Assembly: GCA_964655375.1 (NCBI GenBank)
Contig: CAZZNB010000045.1
Location: 2,015-66,014, forward strand
From: an uncultured Candidatus Saccharibacteria bacterium
Lineage (GTDB): Bacteria > Patescibacteriota > Minisyncoccia > UBA6257 > HR35
Direction: 5' to 3'
Length of the DNA: 64,000 bases
The notes under the pieces were generated by a model. That model made no database searches and was not told where the DNA came from. It worked only from the letters and a program-made list of their open reading frames with translations. This document shows positions 20,069 through 29,204 of this stretch, one piece after another; positions within the stretch are counted from its first letter, which is position 1, and every line of letters begins with the position of its first letter. The translations under genes and the position numbers were made by a program.

Positions 20069-23000
20069 TTTATGTAAATCTTTTTTGGTTTGAATATATT
20101 GAATGCATTAAATATACTTGCAATTAAATTCTTTGTAATCTCAAATGTCCTTCTGATTAAACCAAACTTAGTTTCCTTTTGCATTTTATAGCTTTCTGAT
20201 TCAGGAAGAGAAGGAATAGGTTCTTGTGATTCAGATTTTAATTCTTCTTCAATAGATCTTAATAAATCATTGTAATTTTTGCATAACTCATAATTTTCAT
20301 TCATAATGTTGTTAATCTCTTCTGTATAATTTTCTAAATTATTCGCGATTTTATTAATTTCTTCTTCATCCAATTTAGATAAGTATTCATTCCATACTCT
20401 ATTTGTTTCTTCTTCTAAAAGCTTATTTAGTTCATTTAATTTATTTTTTAAGATAACTAATTCCTCTAATTCTGTTCCATGTTCCGTTATTAATTCTTTT
20501 ATTTTTATTAAAATATTTTTATATGAAGACGATAAATCTTTTAAATACTCTAAAGCCTCACCAAGTTTTAAAGCAATTGCCTTAGTTAGTTTCTTTGGTT
20601 CTGCAGAATATCGGAATTCAAACTCATACAGAGGAGTATTAGCTGGGGTAGTAACAGTTTTTGTGTATTGAATAGTATTGTTAGCATAAGCTTCTATTTT
20701 TTCAAAATAAGGAATTAAATAATCATCAATTTCTTTTTGAATTTGGTTCAATTGCGAAGGATCATAAGCGCCTGAAATTATATTATTGAGATGGGTATTA
20801 AGAGAATTTAAGAAATAACTTTGTTCAATTGTAGTTTGTGATGAACCATACAAAGAATAAAGAATAATTAAAAGATCATGGGCAATAAGATAGATAGAAG
20901 CATAACGGTTAGTAGAAGCTTTAATTTCATCTTTTCCATCTCCATGAATATCTACAGTGCTATCTTCATATCTTGAACTAATCCAATCATAAGTTAACTC
21001 AGAAAGCTTTAAATCAAATAAATAAGTTGGATAAAATTTTTTATAAAAACTTAATTTAACCTCTTCTTTTAAATTAGGATAAATTATAGGTTGTTTTCCT
21101 TTATAAGTACAAGAGCCTGCTATAATCTTATCTGAAAGATCCTCCCGTTGTGCTTCATCATAATAAAATATGTAATAAGAAGGAAAAGATAGACACTTAG
21201 AAGATTTTTTAATTAATTTTTCTACATCAGGATAATCACTGAAAAATGTCATTAATTTATTGTTATACCCTATATTATATAATTTTGACATTTCAAAATT
21301 AATTGATTTTATTTTGTCTTCAATTTTGCTCTCTACTTCCTGTATTTTTTGAGAAGTAGAAGCAATTTCAAGATTTAATTGTGTAATAGTAGCACTTTCT
21401 AAAAGCTGATTGATATTTCTTAGCTCCTCTAAAGTAGATGAAGGAAGAAAATTCTGAATTTGGATTAATCTTTCCGAGTTTTTATTAAACAAAAATTCTA
21501 TTTGTTCAAGTTGTATGAGTTTTTCTTCGGATAATTTTAAGTTTTGGTTTTCTAAATAACTATATAGCTCATCATTAAATGAAGTTGTAGTAGATAAATA
21601 ATTTTCTGTTTCATTTATGACCTTTGTTAGTTTATCTAGAATTTTGATTAATTTTTTGTAAGAAGCTTCAATTTCAGATTGAGCAATTTCTGCAGTTTTC
21701 GCTAATTGAGATTCCAAAGTATCCTTACAAGCTTGTTTTAGTCCAGGAGAATCTAAATATTCTGTTTTCGAACAAATCTTTTCTATTCTTTCTTGAGAGT
21801 AAGCATTTTTTATATCTGTTAGAATTTCGTTTTTAGTTTTTCTGCTTTCTAAACTTGCAAAGCCTTTATCTATTATTTTGAATAATTTAGTTGAAAGCCA
21901 AGATCTTATAAATGCAACTAAAACATTAGCTGCCCTTTCTTGAGATTTAAAGAACTCCAAAGGAGAAAGTAGGATTTGTTCTTTTAGTTTTTCAAAATCA
22001 GAAGGAGAAGAGAGTGTAGGACCAGGAATTAAACATCTTGGATCTTCACCAGATATATTTTTTTCTTGATCAATTCTTTGATTAACATCTTGTAATTTCT
22101 TATCTAGCTCTTGAACTTTTTCTGTATCACCTTCTTCCATAGCTTGTGCTATTTGTTTCATAACTTCCTCTCTTTCTACTTCGCTCCAACTCTTTAGACA
22201 CTCAGTTTTAGGTTTAAATGTAAGCCCTCCTTGTTGTTGGAATTGAATATCTAATTTCTCTTTCTCTTTTTCTAATTCAGCATTAATTTCTGCTAGATCT
22301 CGAGAGATTAAATAAGAGCAATTTTTAAGTTGAATTTCTGTATTTATTTTTTCAATATAAGGGAAAAGAATGCTGCTATAAGAAGAAAAATCTTGCGATG
22401 GGTAAAATTGAGCTAAAAGATTTTTAGGATTAATTAAATTAAAAATATTAGCTAAAGCATTTTGTGGTTTAGTTTCAATTTTCGCAATTAATTCTTTAGG
22501 TTTACTGTTAAAAGCAGACGAAGCACCTTCAAATCCACCCCAACTTTCTAAAGCTTCTTCATAAATAGGTTCTGTTATACCTAAATTTTTATAAACAAAA
22601 ATTTCCTCTTCTGGTTCGCATGGTCTTTTGCTTAATATATTTAATTCTTGTAATTTCATAAATGCATTAAAATACTTCATTAATTTACGAGCGTTTTCAG
22701 ACTGTGATGCTAAATCAAGCCCAGCTATAGTATTGTTTTTTAAAATACTGGCAAAACACCATCTTAGATCATCTGGAATACACGGCAAATCTTTATATTT
22801 ATTTAAAATTCTATTTAAACCCTTTTGTTGCGCCAAAAATAACCTAAAATTTCTATATAAATTGATGTCAGAAATGTAATTTTTTAAAATTTTGTTATAG
22901 ATAAAATCATTTATTTTACTAATTAACTTAAACTTGAAATATTCTAATGCATCTTTAATAGCGAGCTGAATAGAGGCTTTAATTGATGCAGCTAAATTTT

Positions 23001-23373
23001 TAGTAGTTTCTTTTAGGGAGTTTCTTATATCTATATTTACTTCACGTGCGCCTACTGGAACTTTACCTATTAAACCACTTATTACATCACCAATTATTCC
23101 TGTTAAAATCTCAGCCAAAAATCCTCTTAATAAACTTTCAAAAAAACCAGGAGGTTTAGGCTCCTTACCAGAAAAATATTCAAATTCACTTATATATTCA
23201 ACTGTATCAGTAGTATATTCTAATTCCTCTATTTTTATAGGATCAGGAATTTTGCATTGAAGATAATAAGAAGAAAAGTCTATTTCATTATAATCTTGAG
23301 AAAAAACAAAATTTAATGGGATATTTAATGTTAATATGCTTATTATGATTAAAAATACAATAATTTTTTTCAT
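20065..23373 (-). CDS. Giant secreted coiled-coil protein (surface or adhesin-like), first gene of the operon
   Basis: 1102 aa with an N-terminal signal peptide MKKIIVFLIIISILTLNIPLNFVFS. Extensive heptad-like E/K/L-rich stretches. No LPXTG motif. Confidence 0.4.
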   Translation of the reverse strand: MKKIIVFLIIISILTLNIPLNFVFSQDYNEIDFSSYYLQCKIPDPIKIEELEYTTDTVEYISEFEYFSGKEPKPPGFFESLLRGFLAEILTGIIGDVISGLIGKVPVGAREVNIDIRNSLKETTKNLAASIKASIQLAIKDALEYFKFKLISKINDFIYNKILKNYISDINLYRNFRLFLAQQKGLNRILNKYKDLPCIPDDLRWCFASILKNNTIAGLDLASQSENARKLMKYFNAFMKLQELNILSKRPCEPEEEIFVYKNLGITEPIYEEALESWGGFEGASSAFNSKPKELIAKIETKPQNALANIFNLINPKNLLAQFYPSQDFSSYSSILFPYIEKINTEIQLKNCSYLISRDLAEINAELEKEKEKLDIQFQQQGGLTFKPKTECLKSWSEVEREEVMKQIAQAMEEGDTEKVQELDKKLQDVNQRIDQEKNISGEDPRCLIPGPTLSSPSDFEKLKEQILLSPLEFFKSQERAANVLVAFIRSWLSTKLFKIIDKGFASLESRKTKNEILTDIKNAYSQERIEKICSKTEYLDSPGLKQACKDTLESQLAKTAEIAQSEIEASYKKLIKILDKLTKVINETENYLSTTTSFNDELYSYLENQNLKLSEEKLIQLEQIEFLFNKNSERLIQIQNFLPSSTLEELRNINQLLESATITQLNLEIASTSQKIQEVESKIEDKIKSINFEMSKLYNIGYNNKLMTFFSDYPDVEKLIKKSSKCLSFPSYYIFYYDEAQREDLSDKIIAGSCTYKGKQPIIYPNLKEEVKLSFYKKFYPTYLFDLKLSELTYDWISSRYEDSTVDIHGDGKDEIKASTNRYASIYLIAHDLLIILYSLYGSSQTTIEQSYFLNSLNTHLNNIISGAYDPSQLNQIQKEIDDYLIPYFEKIEAYANNTIQYTKTVTTPANTPLYEFEFRYSAEPKKLTKAIALKLGEALEYLKDLSSSYKNILIKIKELITEHGTELEELVILKNKLNELNKLLEEETNRVWNEYLSKLDEEEINKIANNLENYTEEINNIMNENYELCKNYNDLLRSIEEELKSESQEPIPSLPESESYKMQKETKFGLIRRTFEITKNLIASIFNAFNIFKPKKIYIK

Positions 23374-23376
23374 TTT

Positions 23377-24024
23377 TTATAATTTCTCAATAAGTTTTTC
23401 TTGTAAATCTATTAATTCATCTAAAATTACACTTAATATATAAGCATATTCAGGATCTTCTGTTAAAGCAATATTTTTTAAAGAATAACCAATTCCTGCA
23501 AGCAAGAGAGTTTGTGCTTTATGGAAATTGTAATAATCTTTTGGAACCTCTATTTTTGAAAAATCTTCGGTTATAGATAGAATAAGTTCCGCAGAATTAT
23601 TTAATGCATCTTTATTGTTGAAATCAATTTGGATAAATTTCATTTTATTTAAAACATTTTTTATTTCATTGGCGTAAATTTTATAATCTTTACTTTTATT
23701 TATTTTTATGTTTTTAATATATGTAGATGCAAATTCTAAAATTTCTGCTTCTATTTCTGTTTTTCTATTTGATAATTTTAAATTTTCTATCTTACTTATA
23801 AAATTTATTTCTTTATAAATTTTACTTTCAGGGGTTTTAATAAAGTTGATAATCTCCTTAAATTCAGGCGGAGCATCTTCTAAAATCTTTTCATATTTTT
23901 CTTTGCTTTCATTTTTTGACAAAGAGATATTTTTATTTAAATTTAAAAATCCTATTAAAGTTATCACAAGAAAAATAGTAATTGCCGATAAAATCGTTAA
24001 CAGCTTTTTGTTTATTTTTAACAT
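23377..24024 (-). CDS. N-terminally anchored hypothetical protein
   Basis: 215 aa with one TM segment near the N-terminus. Lies between tRNA-Thr and the 1102-aa gene. Confidence 0.3.
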   Translation of the reverse strand: MLKINKKLLTILSAITIFLVITLIGFLNLNKNISLSKNESKEKYEKILEDAPPEFKEIINFIKTPESKIYKEINFISKIENLKLSNRKTEIEAEILEFASTYIKNIKINKSKDYKIYANEIKNVLNKMKFIQIDFNNKDALNNSAELILSITEDFSKIEVPKDYYNFHKAQTLLLAGIGYSLKNIALTEDPEYAYILSVILDELIDLQEKLIEKL

Positions 24025-24029
24025 TTTTG

Positions 24030-24101
24030 AGCCAGCAGCGGGATTCGAACCCGCAACCTACTCCTTACGAAGGAGTCGCTCTACCATTGAGCTATGCTGG
24101 C
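24030..24101 (-). tRNA. tRNA-Thr (anticodon CGU)
   Basis: The reverse complement folds as a cloverleaf: acceptor GCCAGCA/TGCTGGC, anticodon stem ACTCC/GGAGT, loop TTCGTAA, T-arm GCGGG-TTCGAAT-CCCGC. Confidence 0.85.
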
Positions 24102-24126
24102 CTATTAAATAATTTTAAAATTAAAT

Positions 24127-24411
24127 TTAAAAATTTTCAGGCAAAATAATAACTTTTTCATCAGGCTCTACTAAGTTAAATTTCTCTTTCATTTCCTTTT
24201 TAAAATTTTCAGGATCTGATAAATATTTTAATTTTTCTTTTAATTCTCTGTTTTCCTTTTCAAGTTTTTCTATATAATTTTTATAAACTCGAAATTCTTC
24301 TTTTAAAGGTTTATTTTTGATTTTTTCTTTAACAATAAAATATCCTAAATAAAAAATAATAGTAATTTGTAAAAATATTAAAAAAATTATTAATTTATTA
24401 GACATTTTCAT
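24127..24411 (-). CDS. FtsB/DivIC-like septum formation initiator
   Basis: 94 aa with an N-terminal TM segment and a coiled coil. The C-terminal LSDPENFKKEMKEKFNLVEPDEKVIIL matches the FtsB signature. Confidence 0.55.
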   Translation of the reverse strand: MKMSNKLIIFLIFLQITIIFYLGYFIVKEKIKNKPLKEEFRVYKNYIEKLEKENRELKEKLKYLSDPENFKKEMKEKFNLVEPDEKVIILPENF

Positions 24412-24793
24412 ATTTTTTTATTTTAATTTTCTTTCCTATTTTTATAGTAATTAAACCATTTACATACTCATTTATTTTATGAAGATTAGTATAGTATAAA
24501 ATCAATTTCTCTAATTTTTTCTTTTTCGCTCTAGTATAATGAATTGAAGGATCAAAATCTAAATTTGATTTCAATGCTTTAACTTCATAAAAATAATATA
24601 CATTATCCTTTATAGCAATAATATCTATTTCCCCAAATCTTTTTAACCAATAATTTGTCTCTATTATTTTATAACCTTTTTTAATAAGAAATTTTTGAGC
24701 AATATTTTCTGCAACCTCTCCAATTTTTTTCATATTAATAAAAAAATCTTCTATAAAAAATCTCCCATAAGGGTATTGAATTTTCATATTCAT
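24398..24793 (-). CDS. YraN-family (UPF0102) endonuclease-like protein
   Basis: GEVAENIAQKFLIKKGYKIIETNYWLKRFGEIDIIAIKDNVYYFYEVKAL matches the YraN/UPF0102 core. The true start is probably the internal Met near 24733. Confidence 0.55.
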   Translation of the reverse strand: MNMKIQYPYGRFFIEDFFINMKKIGEVAENIAQKFLIKKGYKIIETNYWLKRFGEIDIIAIKDNVYYFYEVKALKSNLDFDPSIHYTRAKKKKLEKLILYYTNLHKINEYVNGLITIKIGKKIKIKKYENV

Positions 24794-25274
24794 CTAAAAA
24801 TTGAATTAAATAACTCCTAACTTCGTCGATGTTTAAATACATTTCTAGTGGAATAACAGGTCCTATTTTAAGAAATCCTTTAGGAACAAAATATATAAAG
24901 GCTCTGTCTCCTTCATGAAATATTTCAAAACCAACAATGTCATCCCAGCTGTAAAATTTATTATTTATATAAACTCCCTCTTCATTTAGTCTTATTCTTA
25001 ACTCTATAGGTTCATAAAAAATTGGATGGAAAAAGAAAAAAAGACCAATTAGAGATATTATTAGATAAAGAAAGTCTTTTGTAATAATAGCATAAATAAT
25101 TGACGCTCCTATGACTATACCCCAAAATAAATGCCAAAATAAATCTCCATAAGGATGTTCATAATGTGATAAAGTATTCCAAGAAAAATGAAACTTAGGG
25201 ACGTTTTTATTTTTAGCCATATTGATTTTAAAATTAAATCCTCGATTATAATTATAAAATAATGAGTTTTCCAT
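24735..25274 (-). CDS. Hypothetical membrane protein
   Basis: 179 aa with two central TM helices. No motif recognized. Confidence 0.3.
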   Translation of the reverse strand: MENSLFYNYNRGFNFKINMAKNKNVPKFHFSWNTLSHYEHPYGDLFWHLFWGIVIGASIIYAIITKDFLYLIISLIGLFFFFHPIFYEPIELRIRLNEEGVYINNKFYSWDDIVGFEIFHEGDRAFIYFVPKGFLKIGPVIPLEMYLNIDEVRSYLIQFLDEYENSIPLWEIFYRRFFY

Positions 25275-27679
25275 TTAAAAAAATAGAAAAAAAGTGGCAA
25301 AGAATTTGGGCAAAAAATAATTTTAAAATTTGGCACTCAAAAGATTTTAAGGGTAAAAAAATATATATTTTAGATATGTTCCCTTATCCTTCAGGCGAAG
25401 GCCTACACGTAGGCCATGTTTTAGGTTATACCGGAACAGATATTTTAAGTAGATATTATCGCATGAAAGGGTACAATGTTTTACACCCTATGGGATGGGA
25501 TGCTTTTGGTCTTCCTGCAGAAAACTATGCTATTAAAATGAAAAAAAATCCTATGACTTTCGTTCCTAAAAATATAAAAAGATATAAAAAACAAATGATT
25601 ATGTTAGGATTAAGCTATGATTGGCAAAGAGAAATAAATACAACCGATCCTGATTACTATAAATGGACTCAATGGATGTTTTTAAAAATGTATGAAAAGG
25701 GTTTAGTTTATGAAAAATCTGCTCCTATTAATTTTTGTCCTTCATGTAAAACAGGATTAGCTAATGAAGAAGTAATTCAAGGAAAATGTGAAAGATGTGG
25801 GAGTAAGACAGAAATAAAATATTTAAATCAATGGCACATTAAAATAACCGCTTATGCAGATAGATTATTAGAAGATTTAGAAGAATTAGATTGGCCAGAG
25901 AATGTTAAAGAAATGCAAAAAAATTGGATTGGGAAAAGCGAAGGTTATGAAGTAGATTTTAAAATTATAGATCAAGAATATAAGTTAACAATATTTACTA
26001 CAAGATTGGATACTATTTTCGGAGTTACCTTTTTAGTTCTTGCACCTGAGCATCCATTGTGCTTAAAGATTGCAAAAGAAGATTATTATTTCTCAGTAAA
26101 AGATTATATAGAAGAGGTTTTGAAGAAACCAGAAAGAGAAAGAAAAATGGAGGAAGAAATAACTGGTGTATTTACTGGTTCTTATGCGATCCATCCATTT
26201 ACAGGAGAGAAAATTCCTATATGGATTAGCGATTATGTTTTATATTCTTATGGAACAGGTGCAATAATGGGAGTTCCTGCGCATGATTCTAGAGATTATA
26301 AATTTGCAAAAAAATTCAATTTAAAAATTATCCCAGTAATACAACCAGATAAAAATAAAGAGCCAGATAATCTACCTTTTGAAGAATTCGGATATTTAAT
26401 CAATTCTTTTGACTATAATGGATTAGATTCTCAAAGCGCAATTTTAAAAATAGGCGAAGAATTAGAAAGAAAAAATATAGGCAAAAAAGCAGTTTATTAT
26501 AAATTAAGGGACTGGATATTTTCTAGACAAAGATATTGGGGAGAACCTATCCCTTTAATAAGATGTCCTAAGTGTGGGATTGTTCCCTTAAAAGAGAAAG
26601 ATTTACCATTAAAATTACCTAAAATTAAAAGTTATGAACCTACAGGTACAGGGGAGTCACCTCTGAAAAATATTCAAAAATGGGTTAAAACAAAATGCCC
26701 AAAATGTAATGGACCAGCAGAAAGAGAAACTCATACAATGCCACAGTGGGCTGGTTCTTGTTGGTATTATTTAAGATATATTGATCCTAAAAATAAAAAA
26801 GAATTCGCTGATTATAAAAAATTAAAATACTGGCTTCCTGTTGATATTTATGTTGGTGGAGTTGAGCATGCAGTTCTTCACTTGCTTTATGCTAGGTTTT
26901 GGCACAAGTTTTTATACGATTTAGGTTTAGTTCCTACAAAAGAACCATTCAAAAAATTAGTTAATCAAGGTTTAATTCTAGGGCCAGATCATGAAAAAAT
27001 GTCTAAATCTAGAGGTAATGTAATTGTGCCTGATGAGGTTGTCAAAAAATATGGAGCAGATACGTTAAGAATTTATGAAATGTTTATGGGGCCATTTGAA
27101 GAAGTAAAACCATGGGATACCCAAGGAATTATAGGTGTTCATAGATTTTTAAATAGAATTTGGGAATTATCTAAAAAAATAAAACGAAAAAAGATAAAAA
27201 AAGAAAAAGATAAAGAGATATTAAGGGAAATAAATAAATTAATTAAAAAAGTTAGCGAAGATATTGAAAATTTCAAATTTAACACTGCAGTAAGTGCAAT
27301 GATGGAATTTGTAAATTTTATTAGTAATAGAGAAATTTCAATAGAAACTTGGATGAAATTTATTAAATTACTATTTCCATTTGCTCCACATATTTCACAA
27401 GAAATATGGTCTTTATTTGGCAATAAAAAATTATTAGATTATGAAAAATGGCCAGAATATGATCAGAAATATATAGAAGAAAAAATAAGAAAAATAATTG
27501 TTCAAATAAATGGTAAAAAAAGAGATGAAATAGAAATAGAAGAAAGCCAAATTGATATCGAAAAATTAAAAGAAATAGTTTTAAATAGGCAAAGAATTAA
27601 AAAGTTTTTAGAAGATAAAAAAATTAGTAAGATAATTTTAGCTCAAAATAAAATTTTAAATATAGTAACAGAAAATTAA
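25262..27679 (+). CDS. leuS: Leucyl-tRNA synthetase
   Basis: 805 aa with the HIGH motif PYPSGEGLHVGH, KMSKSRGN, and an editing-domain insertion. LeuS-specific architecture. Confidence 0.9.
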   Translation: MSFPFKKIEKKWQRIWAKNNFKIWHSKDFKGKKIYILDMFPYPSGEGLHVGHVLGYTGTDILSRYYRMKGYNVLHPMGWDAFGLPAENYAIKMKKNPMTFVPKNIKRYKKQMIMLGLSYDWQREINTTDPDYYKWTQWMFLKMYEKGLVYEKSAPINFCPSCKTGLANEEVIQGKCERCGSKTEIKYLNQWHIKITAYADRLLEDLEELDWPENVKEMQKNWIGKSEGYEVDFKIIDQEYKLTIFTTRLDTIFGVTFLVLAPEHPLCLKIAKEDYYFSVKDYIEEVLKKPERERKMEEEITGVFTGSYAIHPFTGEKIPIWISDYVLYSYGTGAIMGVPAHDSRDYKFAKKFNLKIIPVIQPDKNKEPDNLPFEEFGYLINSFDYNGLDSQSAILKIGEELERKNIGKKAVYYKLRDWIFSRQRYWGEPIPLIRCPKCGIVPLKEKDLPLKLPKIKSYEPTGTGESPLKNIQKWVKTKCPKCNGPAERETHTMPQWAGSCWYYLRYIDPKNKKEFADYKKLKYWLPVDIYVGGVEHAVLHLLYARFWHKFLYDLGLVPTKEPFKKLVNQGLILGPDHEKMSKSRGNVIVPDEVVKKYGADTLRIYEMFMGPFEEVKPWDTQGIIGVHRFLNRIWELSKKIKRKKIKKEKDKEILREINKLIKKVSEDIENFKFNTAVSAMMEFVNFISNREISIETWMKFIKLLFPFAPHISQEIWSLFGNKKLLDYEKWPEYDQKYIEEKIRKIIVQINGKKRDEIEIEESQIDIEKLKEIVLNRQRIKKFLEDKKISKIILAQNKILNIVTEN

Positions 27680-28026
27680 AACCCTAAAGCACTTCCATAA
27701 CCTGTAATTGTTCCTATTGTAGGTATTGGTACTGGTGGAACTCCTGGCTTAACACAAACTCCACCAGGTACCCACCAACCCAACATTTTTGTTCCAGGCA
27801 CAGGTGGATAAATGAAGTTTAAATATCTATTACTTCCAATCGGAACAAAATAAGGTCCAGGTGGTATATTTACAAATCCTCCTAAAGGTGGTTGCACTTT
27901 AATCATAACTCCACCGTTTAGGCAAGGAAATGGAGAAAGATAAATTACTCTAGGTGTTCCAAATGGTAATCCTTGAGCAAAAGTTAAAATAGGTAAAAAT
28001 AAAAATATAGCTATTATTTTTTTCAT
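27676..28026 (-). CDS. Small secreted Pro/Gly-rich protein
   Basis: 116 aa with a signal peptide. PPxG-rich low-complexity body. No homology recognized. Confidence 0.35.
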   Translation of the reverse strand: MKKIIAIFLFLPILTFAQGLPFGTPRVIYLSPFPCLNGGVMIKVQPPLGGFVNIPPGPYFVPIGSNRYLNFIYPPVPGTKMLGWWVPGGVCVKPGVPPVPIPTIGTITGYGSALGF

Positions 28027-28030
28027 AATG

Positions 28031-28102
28031 TGCGGCTGGGAGGATTCGAACCTCCGACCTGGTGTTTATAAGACACCCGCTCTGCCACTGAGCTACAGCC
28101 GC
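28031..28102 (-). tRNA. tRNA-Ile with apparent anticodon UAU (decoding AUA)
   Basis: Cloverleaf: acceptor GCGGCTG/CAGCCGC, D-arm GCTC-AGTGGCA-GAGC, anticodon stem GGTGT/ACACC with loop CTTATAA, T-arm GGAGG-TTCGAAT-CCTCC. Confidence 0.7.
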
Positions 28103-28135
28103 ATTATATATAATTTTATTTTATTTAATGTAAAT

Positions 28136-28504
28136 TTATTCTAATTCAATTTTTCTAAAGCCCTCTCCTTTAATTTTAGGAATCCTTATCATTAAGATTC
28201 CATCTTTTAAAGATGCTTTTATATTATCTGTGTCAACATCTCTTGGTAAAATTATAGTTTTTGAAAATGGACCCCAATAACATTCCCGGTATAAATAATC
28301 AGTTATTTTTGGATTTTCTGGTGGTAATCTTTTGCCTCTTATTATTAACATATCACCATGGACTAATATTTCTATATCATTCATCGTAACTCCTGAAATA
28401 GGAGACACAATAACTAATTCTCCATTTTTTAAATAAACGTCTACAGCTAATTGTCCTTCTTCTTCCTCTAAATTAATTGGATGTGTATGTTCCCACTCTG
28501 CCAT
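28136..28504 (-). CDS. Hsp20/alpha-crystallin family small heat-shock protein
   Basis: 122 aa. The alpha-crystallin domain region ends with ASLKDGILMIRIPK, an IbpA-like AxxxxGVLxIxxPK motif. Confidence 0.7.
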   Translation of the reverse strand: MAEWEHTHPINLEEEEGQLAVDVYLKNGELVIVSPISGVTMNDIEILVHGDMLIIRGKRLPPENPKITDYLYRECYWGPFSKTIILPRDVDTDNIKASLKDGILMIRIPKIKGEGFRKIELE

Positions 28505-29204
28505 TTTTTATTTTTATTATTTTGAATTCTATTAATGTTACAAAATACACAGCCCATAAAATTGGGAAAATCAAAAGCTTAACATCTTCTCTAATTATAA
28601 AAATATTATACAAAAAATGCAAAAAACTTGCCATCAAAAAGCTATATATAAATGGTAAAACCCTTCTTGTTTTAAGACTAACTGCATAGCCAAATCCTAT
28701 AAGAACAGAAGCTAACATATGTAAGAAATTAGCTCCTAAAAATCTTAAAATTGATACAGCAATCGAGGCTAAAAATGGGTTTATATCTGGAGAAGGATTT
28801 ATTAAAATAGAACATATGTTTAAATATGTTTCAATAAAAGCAAATCCTAAAGCAGTAAATCCCATATATACCATTACATCAACAATTTCGTCAAAATATC
28901 TTGTAGGCAATATAAACAGAAATACTAAGATAAATTTGAAAAATTCTTCAATAAATGCTGATAAAAAATAATAAACATAGTTAAATTCATATCCTAATAA
29001 GGCATAAATTTTTGCTTGAGAAAAATAACTCAAAACTGCAGCAAAAACCCCTAAGATAATCGCAAATAAAAGCATATGCCTAGGTTCAGGATGGTCATCC
29101 TCTAAATAAATAAATTCCCACCAAACCCATATAGGAATTAAAGATGTTAGGAATATAAAAGTAAAATTTGGAAAGAAACAACTTGTTAAATTTGCTGTGG
29201 CCAC
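28473..29204 (-). CDS. PrsW-like intramembrane protease family protein
   Basis: 243 aa polytopic protein with an EEFFK (EExxK) motif and FxxxH motifs (HMLASVLIGFGY, FLHFLYN). Confidence 0.45.
   Translation of the reverse strand: MATANLTSCFFPNFTFIFLTSLIPIWVWWEFIYLEDDHPEPRHMLLFAIILGVFAAVLSYFSQAKIYALLGYEFNYVYYFLSAFIEEFFKFILVFLFILPTRYFDEIVDVMVYMGFTALGFAFIETYLNICSILINPSPDINPFLASIAVSILRFLGANFLHMLASVLIGFGYAVSLKTRRVLPFIYSFLMASFLHFLYNIFIIREDVKLLIFPILWAVYFVTLIEFKIIKIKNGRVGTYTSN

Noticed and set aside
22628-22879. Plus-strand 83-aa ORF inside the 1102-aa gene
   Set aside because: Antisense to a long, well-structured minus-strand ORF. No start signals.
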